A stretch of DNA of 63,995 nt, filler included, from Kipferlia bialata (lineage: Eukaryota): the NCBI GenBank assembly GCA_003568945.1. It is 5 parts of 5 records of this genome, joined end to end, with 100 filler letters (N's around TTAATTAATTAA, not from the genome) between each part and the next. Parts side by side here need not be neighbours in the genome. Positions count along the whole stretch, not along the records: positions 1 to 15,145 come from BDIP01000736.1; 4 more parts are not named here. One strand, 5' to 3'. Shown piece after piece: positions 1-10,592 of this stretch (positions are counted from its first letter, which is position 1; each line of letters begins with the position of its first letter). A model generated the notes under the pieces. The model made no database searches. It worked only from the letters and a program-made list of their open reading frames with translations, and had not been told where the DNA came from. The translations under genes and the position numbers were made by a program.

Positions 1-47
1 TACATATGTATCTATATATCTATATATGTTGTATGGTATAGACACAG

Positions 48-1243
48 GGGAATGGGCTGGAGCAGGCACTGAAGGACATGGTACGGTATCCAACAGACAC
101 CCCTACCTCTCCCCCTATATATATATCTATATGTACTAACCCCCCAGATCGATGCGGGTCTGTGGGGTCTGTATCTATTTGTGACAATATATCTATATAC
201 ATAGAGTATGTATATAGATAGTATGTATACTAACCCAGGTCGATGCCGGTCTGTGGGGTCTGGAGTGTCTGCACCCAGACTACGAGGAGGCACAGACAGA
301 GGTACAGCTAAAACACACTTTGAGACACATATATAGATAATACATATACATAGTGTACATAGTATAGACACCCAGACTATGAGGAGGCACAGACAGAGGT
401 ATAGTAGATAGTATACACACTATTACTCATATATAGTGTAGACCCAGGACATCCACTGATAACCCAGGTGCTGCTCGATGCTGCAGACAGGCACTCCCTG
501 GCCAGGACAGCAGGTGTGGGTGATTATGGTATTGTCTGTTTTCTATATATGCCCTTATAGTCTCTTCCGGTGTCTATATACATACCTGTACCCCTGCCCT
601 TGTCTGACCCCCCCAGGCAGTGACTGTCACGGGTCAAGTCAGCTATTCTCTTACTCACTTTCAGATACCTAGTGTTCGCTCTGTATACATATATATACAT
701 TCACACTCTCTGACCCCAGGCAGTGACTGTCACGGGGCAGGCAAGCCAGGGATAGCACTCGGGAGGGGACAGGTGGGGGGAACCATCATATATGCTATAT
801 ATATATACTATGTATACATTATATGTATATACTGTGTATGTACTAGGGTAGCACTCGGGAGGGGACAGGTGGGGGAATCCAGTACTCACTGAGTGCTATG
901 TTTATATATGTATATGTATACTATGTTCTATAGTATACTGGGATAGCACTCGGGAGTGGACAGGTGAGGGGATTAAGAATATATATATGTGTATATACTG
1001 TGTGTATACAGCGAACTGCCCATTCTATCTAACTCCAGGTCTCCCACCCCTTCTGTGCCCCTGTGGAGTGGGGGCATATATATATAGTCTATATTGTAGT
1101 ATACTGTGTGTTCTATACTATTCTCTATCAATCTACCTCCGTCTTACCCCTAGGTCTCCCACCCCTTCTGTGTCCCAGTCGAGTGGGGCCAGACACTGGT
1201 ACAGGCAGTGCAGGCAGCAGAGACTGAGGGAGCAAGTGCTTAA
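48..1243 (+). CDS. PHP-domain metal-dependent phosphoesterase (YciV/TrpH-like), 3' part, 5 exons visible
   Basis: Spliced exons (48-80, 239-301, 468-513, 720-772, 1154-1243) read GNGLEQALKDM|VDAGLWGLECLHPDYEEAQTE|VLLDAADRHSLARTA|GSDCHGAGKPGIALGRGQ|VSHPFCVPVEWGQTLVQAVQAAETEGASA*. GLxGLE..H and GSDxHG are the C-terminal PHP motifs. Introns are GT-AG. The 5' end lies outside the window. Confidence 0.8.
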
Positions 1244-1619
1244 TGTCAAGTGTAATACTGTAGTACTGTGGGCCGCCTGTTGGTGATGCCTTATGTATAT
1301 TATGTATACAACAGGAGGTCAGGTACAGGCAGTGCAGGCAGCAGAGACTGATGATAGGGTGTAAGGGATGGTTCTGATACTCTGTATGGATGGCATGAGG
1401 TACTGGCAACAGTGCGGACATACGCACTGTAGACCACTATTTGTGGCATTGCATCTATGACCCATGACAACCCTAAGTACTGTTAGGCACGGGAGAGGTG
1501 TGTACCTCTCTACTCTTCGGATAAATGGGTTAGCTTCTACGTGTGGGAGTGTTAACCCCATATAGTGGTGGAGTTCAGACATGGCTTTGAGGGCCACACA
1601 AAAAGTGTGTTAAATTACT

Positions 1620-1760
1620 GCGGATTGCTTGGAGCAATGGTTATCTCGCCATTCGTGGCTAAATTGCTATTGCAATTGCGGTTTCCTTTGGAAACTCTTT
1701 GGATCTGCCGGCTAACCCCGGCCCTGGCCTGAGGTGGTTCGATTCCACCAGTCCGCACCA
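1620..1760 (+). ncRNA. tRNA-like RNA (acceptor, D and T arms plus CCA) with ~85 nt of hairpins in place of a normal anticodon arm
   Basis: GCGGATT(1620) pairs with AGTCCGC, followed by A-CCA(1760). A-box-like TGGAGCAATGG is present. T arm is GGTGG-TTCGATT-CCACC. No canonical anticodon loop could be assigned. Confidence 0.6.
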
Positions 1761-1767
1761 TCTCATT

Positions 1768-1877
1768 GGGTGTGTGGCACATTGCTGGTGTTAGGATCCT
1801 TGTAATTTCGGTGTGAAGGGATTTGAGACTTTTGGCTACCAAGCCCAAAGTTCGAATCCGCTTCAACACACTATTTT
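1768..1877 (+). ncRNA. Second structured RNA candidate ending in a T4 Pol III-type terminator
   Basis: Hairpin TGGCAC-ATTGCTG-GTGTTA, then single-stranded TAATTTCG, then a long bulged hairpin of ~25 bp at 1811-1869 containing B-box-like GTTCGAATCC, then TTTT at 1874-1877. Confidence 0.4.
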
Positions 1878-2174
1878 CCAAGGTCTACATATGCTTCTCA
1901 CCTGCTACAACAACACGTCAAATCTATTCATAATGATTTAGCAGTACACGAAAATACTCATCCCAACTACACTGTGGGATTATCTACACAAGTTGGCCGA
2001 TAGCCGACCATGCACATCCCTATCTCTGCGTCTCTCTCTCTCCTCAACTGCAGAGACAGATACTGGGATGGGCGTCCACCCCACTACCGGCATCATCTCC
2101 GCCATCCACTCACTATACTGTGTGCATGACAACCTAGAGAGACTAGACTCTGCACCTAGCCCCCTTAGTCCCCT

Positions 2175-2255
2175 TTAATCCTCCCAGCTGACAGCCTGGG
2201 CTGTGAGCCTGACCCGCTCCATGTTGGTGGGCTCCTCACAGTGCCTGGGGGTGAG

Positions 2256-2299
<44 letters not shown>

Positions 2300-3089
2300 T
2301 CAGAATGTTGGTGGGCTCCTCACAGTGCCTGGGGGGTGAGAGGTATATGAGAAATTTATATATATGGATATATATATATAGAGAGAGAGAGAGAGAGGGA
2401 GTCATTATGTTGGTGGGCTCCTCACAGTGCCTGGGGGGTGAGATGTATATATATATATATACATATATATCAACCCTAGTGTTAGACACAGGTTTGTATA
2501 TACATAGAGTGAGAGAGAGAGGGGGGGGGGGGTACCATACCTGTCCCAGGACTCCTCGCCCTCGGGGTCTGTGAGCTGCTCTGCACCCCTCACAATCTTC
2601 ATGTACTTGCGCCTGTTGGTCAGATGCAGTATATACTAAAAATACGAAGTGTACTAAATGTACTACGTACTATCAAATATACTACGTACTATATACTGCA
2701 TTTATGATATGTCTTCATGTACTTGCGCCTGTGGTAGGTCAAGTACATATATACATATACAATATATAGTATATACCCACCTGTTGTTGATTCTGATGGT
2801 GCAGAAGGAGGCCACGGACAGCACAATCACGGCAGTCACGCTGATCTCAAGGGCTGGGGGTAAGACACACATACATATAGGGCAACAGGACATTGAGACT
2901 ACATACCGAGTATCATCTCGTCCCCTGTGAAGGAGCAGGACACGTACCCACACATGCATAGAGATGTATATATATATATATATATCTATCTACATACCCA
3001 GTATCATCTCGTCCCCTGTGAAGGAGCAGGACCTCCAGCAGTAGCCGTTCTTGGCAACAGTGAAGTCCCACCTGGGGTGAGGGGAATAT

Positions 3090-3124
<35 letters not shown>

Positions 3125-3499
3125 CGGGGGAGGGGGGGGGACTACTCCATGTACCACACAAAAAGGATACCTACATACTGGGAGAGGGTGAGAGAGTTAT
3201 TCATTAATATGAGATTTGTTACATATTAGGATAGATCTGTATGCATGACACAACAATGTCACTAATAAGCATGTATTTCTGTATAACTGTGTGTGTACCT
3301 GCACACATCTCGGTCCGTTGTAGCACGTGCCCTTGCAGGCAGCGGTGCGTTCATCATACACACATGGATCAGAGCCAACCCCATGATCGATCCCAAAATC
3401 AATTCCGAGGTCAGAGTGGTCGATAACTGCCCCGTAACACACCACGAAGGCAGTCGAGAGAAGCAGAGCGAGCAGGGCAGCGGGCGCAACACGCATCAT
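2175..3499 (-). CDS. Small type I membrane protein (signal peptide, Cys-rich ectodomain, TM helix, short tail), multi-exon
   Basis: MMRVAPAALLALLLSTAFVVCYG...CVYDERTAACKGTCYNGPRCVQ | WDFTVAKNGYCWRSCSF... | LEISVTAVIVLSVASFCTIRINN | RRKYMK...SWD | RHCEEPTNMERVRLTAQAVSWED*. Phase across the poly-G intron (3091-3140) is not resolved. Confidence 0.6.
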
Positions 3500-3681
3500 T
3501 GGTGGGTATGGTGGGCTGGGTTGCAAGTCTTACAAGAAGAGGAGAGAGCAGCGACAGTCTGTGAGGGTCAAAACGACTACACCCTTTGGGACTGTGTTTG
3601 TGTACGTTAGTCCAACGGCCCCACCAGATCTAAGGACTCGTGCTCTCAGTCTCTCTTCCTTTGAGTGGAAGCAGAGTGCCT

Positions 3682-6600
3682 ATGTCTGAGGGCGAGACTG
3701 GGAGGGGGAAGACTTCCCCTCCTGTCAGTATCTTGGCATTGTTTGCCAAACCCAAGAGACGCCAGGGAGGGAGGAAGAGAGAGAGGGAGACACCCCAAGT
3801 AGAGGGCAGAGCTGAGCCGAGAGGGGGAGAGCGAGAGAGAGAGGAGATACCCAAGGAAGCGGGGGGTATTGAGAGGGAGGGAGAGAGAGCGAGAGGGGTT
3901 CGCTCCCCTGTCAATCTCTTGGCACCCTCACCCGATAGAGAACAGGGAGAGAGAGACAGAGAGGAGGGGCAAGAGGGAGGGGTGGTTGCTGAGGCGAGTG
4001 AAGGGAGGGAGAGAGGGAGAGAGAGAGAGGTGGAGTGTGTGTGTCACATGGTCAAGAAAGAGAAGGGTAGTGATGAAGGGAGGGAGAGAGAGAGAGAGGG
4101 TGCCAGGGATCCAGACGGGGAGATTGGCATGATGCTGGACCAGATAGACAGGTACTGATATATACATATATACATATACATATATAGTATATAGTATATA
4201 TATGAATGACAGTCTATGCTATCACTATATATATATATATATATTGATTAGATTGGCATGATGCTGGACCAGATAGACAGGTACAGTTATAGAGTATATA
4301 TAGAGTTAGTACCATATTGACTGGTAGATGGATTAGTGATATATTATGTGAATATTTTATGTAGTTCATTAATACTATTGATACATGCTCTAATCACTAG
4401 GCTGGAGCGTCAGAGGGGTATCATTGCGAGTGGCTTCCTAGAGATGGACCCCAGACTGAGACCTGCCCCATCTAAGCTGAAGGGGAGACTGCTGGACATA
4501 CAGGCACAGCAGGAGGTATATATTGATACGTATACATACAATGATATATATATATATATATGTATGTATATATATATATATGCTACTGTAGTATATATAC
4601 GGATGCTGGACATACAGGCACAGCAGGAGGTATGGATACTACTATCAACCCAGTATTTATATATTATCATACATACTAATGAACGTCGCACTTATGTATG
4701 TCCCTCAGCAACCCAGACTCTTCTTTCTCTCTCTCTTCCACCTTCAGGACCTCAGGCTCAAGATATGGCTCAGAAGGGACCCAGGTAATCTCTCTCTCTC
4801 TCACTCATTCTATCACTCTCACTATCTCTATCTTTCATTCTCAAGATATGGCTCAGAAGGGACCCAGGTGGGTTATATACATTATTATTTCTTGCTTCCT
4901 TACTCTCTCTCTCTTATATCTCTGTCTCATATCTTCTCTCTCTCTCCTCTGACCCTCAGGTGTTGATGCCGTGCACTCTTACTACTACAGCGTCGGAGGG
5001 CCCATCAAGGACCTATGTGTGGTACGTAAACGTATAACATTAAGTTAATATAGAGTGTTTGTGGAAGTTGAGAGTCTGTGTGTGGTATGTGAATGTTAAG
5101 TTTTAAGTGTATATATATAGTATATATATATTGTATGTATCAGAGACCCCATCAAGGACCTGTGTGTGGTACGTGAATGTGTAATAGTTCCATAAACATA
5201 TTCCTCTCATATGATAGGTATGGATAATATTGTATAATTGTTTTAGGCAATTATTGTGTATAATAATTAGTGTAGTTATATATAGTTATATATAGTATAT
5301 CAGTGAGGTAGTCAATGGTCTGTGTGGTATGTAGACTCATAACGTGCTATCCAAATTATCCCAATGTCTTCTGTCCCTCTATGTACTCTGTCACTCCCGT
5401 TCCCCAACCTCATATTGTCATTCTTTCTCTTTCTCTCTCTCTCTCTTTCTATATGTATATAGGTATATTGCCCACCCCAGTGGCCCAACCTCTCTCTCTC
5501 TCTCTCTATATATGTACAAATATAGATATATATATGTATATGTATTTATGTATATATGTATATACATAAGTTGTCCCACCCGAGCCAGCTAACCTGGTCC
5601 GTCGTGTCAACGGCAGTGCCCTCGCCGCCTCTGTCTCTCTCTCTATATTTATAGTTATTATGGTATCTCACCTTAGTTACCTAACCTTGTCCGACGGGTC
5701 AACGGCAGTGCCCAATATACCACAGTGCTGCCCAGACTCATGCAAGCACACTTGTTTGGGAGGTATTGCCATATATGAATTCATATGAGGTGCCAGTAAT
5801 GGAGTCTCCCTTCCCCATCTCACGCCATATGTGTGAAAGATACGTTCTCTCAATATGATGCAGAATTGTAGTACGTCTCCTTTTCCCTCTCTCCAGGTCA
5901 GTAAGCTGTACAGAATCGTTCTCTCTCTCTCTTCATGTGTAAAGCGGTATACATACATATATTTTGCTTTGACCCTCTGACCCCAGCCCTCTCAACCACT
6001 GTCCTGAGTGCGAAGCCAGGGGCAGCAGAGTCATACCGCAGGTGGGTTATCTCTCTCTCTCTGTCTATACTTTGTGTATGTGCTTACCCCAGCTGTCTTA
6101 CTATTGTTGACATTGGATGTATGTGTATGCTTACATTTCTGATCCCAGCTAGTCTTTGATCGAGACTGCAGACGTGTTGTGGGTCTGAAGTGTGTGGGGT
6201 GGAAGGGTCTAAAGAAGGCAGATCTCCTCCCTTGCACTTGGAGTGTCGACATCAACCCAGAGAATGAAGGTATCAGCTTTGATTCACTCTATGAAGCATC
6301 ACCATGTATCATTGTCAGGGACTAACTCAGCAAGGTATTGGTGTGTGTCGCTGCCTGTAGCATCATTGACAGTGTAGTTGTATTCCTCTCTCTCTACGTA
6401 TCAGTTACAGTGTGTGTATTTCCTGTCTCTCTGGTGCTCACTCAGGGGTATTCCTCAGCCGTGGAGTTAGGGACATTGATGGGATACTGGACTCCTTTGA
6501 CAGGTATGGGATATCTATCTATCTATATATATATATATATATATACTCAGTTGTGTGTTCATGTGTAGTATGGAGTGTGGTATAGTTCTCTCCCTTCTTC

Positions 6601-9600
6601 TAGACGCCTGGACAGTTCCTTGGCTACTATACAATAATATTTGGTGACTCTGCGTATATATTGTGTATAGAGTATATCTACTGGCTGACGTGTCCTTGAA
6701 ATACTATATCCTACCCTATGCATCTTGTCTCTTCCTAGAACATGTTCTGATTTCTGACTGTCTAGCCACTGGAGGGTCCTAGATCATGCCACTGACAAAA
6801 AGGATTGCCTCATCTACTCTCACAATAGTTCTCACTCCCGTCGTAACAGAAGTGCTGATTCTTTGTTTGTCGAGTCACTGACTCCAGGACGGCTGGGCAG
6901 CCTCAGGTGAAGTTATGTAACTGTTGTTCTCAGAGGGTGTCGCAGAGGGATCTCATTGGGGACTCCGGCACACACTATCAGATCTGCTCACACAGTGATA
7001 GGTATGTATACATGTATATACATTTATACATACATATATATGGTGCCTACACTTCATCTATCCATGAATTTGTAAGCACTATAGAGTGGTAAATTCAGTC
7101 AACAACTCGGTAATTATATATATGAGCACGCAATACAATAGAGTTATGTATGAGTAATATCATTGTAAACGATCTGGGTCTGAGGCTACCTCCAGGTTAG
7201 GGCGTCAAATATGTATTAACATCATATTATTCCACCTTATTATACATATATATATATATATATGAAGCCTACACCAGGCAATGTATCCGCTGTAGCGAGG
7301 CCTATCGAGCAGGGTTTGCCACCTATCATGCTTCTAAGCCAGAATATCACACTGCCAGGTACGAAACATAATACTTCTTTTTCTATTCTTTATCAGAAGC
7401 TATATAGAGTTACATATCCATACATATACTTCTTCGATATACCATGTGCGCTATTGACATTGTAAAACATATGTAAATATCTCACCCAAGGGTTATTTGT
7501 ACGGTGTCTAACCCACTGTCTCCTATTCATTCATTTATTCCTGTATCCCTCTCCTATGTTTACGTCTACCCATAGAGCAGCTGCTGTTGCTCAGGAGGAG
7601 GCTGCGGCTGATGCGAGGATCGAGACAGACGCAGTGGCAAGGGCCATCATCAGGCAAGAAATAGTATAAATTACATAATTATAATATAATATATTATAAT
7701 ATTATTATAATATAATATTATAATTGTACATTCATCTATCCAGCTTCAGCGCTATTTCTTAGCACTGGAGTGATTGCCTCAATGTAATGTCGAACATAAT
7801 CTGATTAATGTGCTGATATGCGGTTCCTCATCTAACCCCCAGGAATAGCTGTATTTGGCTATGTTGTCTGAATGTCACAGTTAGGGGTCTGAGTATGTAT
7901 ACACTATATATATATGTATCCCATCCAACATCCAGGAAGGCACGGGAGAGTGGGGAGAGAGTGGAGAGACCTGTGGTTCCCCTGGTTGCCTCCTCTGATC
8001 CCACTGTGAACGTGGGGCCTGGCAGAGACCCAGAGGCATTAGAGGTATATCATTATACAGAATTGTACTGTATGTGCAGGTATTCTAATTTTTTCATCAT
8101 TGGGGGAGAGACCCAGAGGCATTAGAGGTCGGACATGCCTTCTGACCAGTGTGTTCACATATATGATGATAGTGTGCCATACCCCAACCCTAGCGCTTAA
8201 CAGGGCCTGGGCCACAAGGCTTAGACTAACCACATTATTGAGACATATACTTACTATCTTGGCCCCTATGTAACCCCTAGCGCCACAGGGCAGACGCCTG
8301 GTGTACCAGGGACCAGTCCGTAGCGGAGACACGGGCCAAGCTGAAGAAGCTACACTCATTCCAGCTGCTTGAGCTGTCTCGCAAGGTGGGAAGGGTATCA
8401 AGCTACTACCATTAGTAGTATTAGTATAGTTCTACTGTTGATCTCGAGCTGTGTCGCAAGGTGGGCAGCCATCCGTAGTTGATATTCATTGAAAGGCGGT
8501 CAACTCCAATATATATATAGATGTATCATGCATAGTATTATTAGGACCACAATATTCTCATGTTTAGGGCTCTGGCAACCGCATCAGTGTCTACACTGGC
8601 GTTAAAGGTCTGCGGTGCAACAACAGCAGACTGGTCCAGAGGGTGCTGCAGGCACACGTGTTTGGCAGGTATATGTGATACATATGATCAATCTGATAGA
8701 ATGGCATATATATATATCAATTGTAGTCATTCATTAGCTAGTGTTCTATCGCTGTTGGTAGTGTTTTGATTTCACTCCAGTCCCACTGTCATGTGCCCCA
8801 CTTGCTCTCCATCAGTGTTGCCCAGTATCGATGGCAAGCCGGATCCCGAGGCAATTCCAGAGGTAGACAGATACCTATATCCAATGCCTATGCACAATGA
8901 CACCTCTTTCGGTTACTTCACCTGTACTTGCACTAACTATGTATGTTCTGATTCCAGTTGGAGTTCAACGCCGATGCTTCTGTCGTGACAGGGCTGCGTT
9001 GTGTGGGTATCAGAGGTGCTAGAGCGTCATCCCGCAAGCCACCCTGTGGGTGGAGGGTGGATATCACTGAGGCCAATAGAGGTATGTCTTTAGTACGTTA
9101 GGAATCCTGCCGGGTAGGGGTCACTCCAACATGTGTACATCATCTAATAGGATTCAGATTAAGAGTATTTGTCTATTCAGTATCAGTCGCTGTGAGTATC
9201 CGTGTTTCATCTTTCCATCAAGTGAGTATTTGTCTTTCCAGTATCAGTAGCTTCTTGTTTGTCTCCCTTACCATCCAGACGACAACATGACATGTATTTG
9301 ATCTATCCCTTACCATCAAGACAGGCTATATTTTTATATCTGATATCCCTTACCATCCAGACGACTTCATGACACGTGGCCTGGTTGACAACCATGGGAT
9401 GCTGGAGTCACTGGACACTGAGCACACCAAAGTGGATGTGGAGAGTGGAATGTAAGACAGATACAGAATACATTCCTATTTATATACTCAGTATGAACAT
9501 CTCAGAACATGCATTCATATATATATATACCTGTATGTATATTCGGAGTCCACCAAGTGGATGTGGAGAGTGGAATGTACGTGACCAACACAGTATCAAT

Positions 9601-10166
9601 TGACTCATAGTTGTCCTGCAAGTCTCTAACACCCAGCCATCCAGAGGTCTGTCGGTGTTGCTACCGGTTCTACTGCATATTTAGGAGACACGAGGTGTCA
9701 TGCAAACACATCACCAAGTGCGTGGGTTTAGCATGTGTTACAGTCCTAATTCCATATTCAGTAATTTGATGTGGAATGTCAATATCTCATTTGTCATACC
9801 ATGTATTCTTGGTCTATGCACTCAGTCTCACATAGGAACTGCCAAGTGTGTCAGACTAAGCGGAAGAATGCAGAGGTTGAAGCCCACCAGAGGAAGGCCA
9901 GCATTGACGACGCTCGTGCAGAGGTTCAGAGTATTGCTGCGCAACAGAAAGAGTTCACTGAATTCAAGGAGAGTCTAACCATGCAGCGTCATCTGGTGAA
10001 GCAGCAGTTAGACGGGATTGATGCTAAAGTGGCCATTATGACCGAGGCTCTCAACGAGCTGAGAGAGTCCCGCAAGAAGCAGGTTCGGAAACTGAGGATC
10101 CTCTTAGAGGAGGACAGACAGTTGAAGAAGAAGGAGAGTGGGGGGCAGGGACCTGCTCAGAAGTAG
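3682..10166 (+). CDS. Protein with two tandem PADR1-like (PARP1 Zn3-like) zinc modules, extra Cys/His clusters and a C-terminal coiled coil; one gene or two adjacent paralogs
   Basis: Module A (5677-6503): VLPRLMQAHLFGS|PLNHCPEC...IPQ|LVFDRD..VVGLKCVG...PCTW..NE|GVFLSRG. Module B (8568-9451): LVQRVLQAHVFGS|PTVMCPTC...IPE|LEFNAD..VTGLRCVG...PCGW..NR|DDFMTRG. Intron positions are the same in both. A GC-AG intron at 7654-7935 joins A and B in frame. Stop at 10166. Confidence 0.6.
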
Positions 10167-10592
10167 CAGCTGCTGTTGAGGTCATAAATGTTCACTGAGA
10201 TATCCTCAGCCACATCAAATTGGTTCTGATCTGGGAATCACAGTCAACCTAGAGCCTATCTTCTCTACTCATCAGTCATCCTGGGCAAAACTCTTTCATG
10301 TTAGTCCTTCCCTCAAGTCCACTCAGCACAGGTTCTTCATCTTCAAAACGTCTCTTCAAAGTTTGAAGTACAAACGAAACACTTGTGTGAGAAGGGATAG
10401 CTTGTGACCAGCCTGGTCTCGGAGATTTCTTCTTCTTGGATCTGAACACTGGTGTCCAGGGTCAAACAGCATACCGAACAACCACAAATTTCCACATCAG
10501 TCTATATTGTATCTCTTACGCATTGAACTGTGTTGAAGAAATCTTGCATGCAGATAAGGTCCTAGGAAGAGACAACACCCACTGTTTCCTCC

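Noticed and set aside
1689..1855. RNase P RNA (GGAAACTC as CR-I) or tRNA-Sec
   Set aside because: No convincing CR-V or P1 pairing, and no UCA anticodon.
1615..1881. 88-aa minus-strand ORF
   Set aside because: MVRTGGIEPP is the typical antisense translation of a tRNA 3' end. The signal is RNA structure on the plus strand.
3091..3140. Long poly-G/poly-C tracts (also at most contig ends) as functional G-quadruplex elements
   Set aside because: Lengths are unreliable and they coincide with assembly breaks. No function can be supported from sequence.
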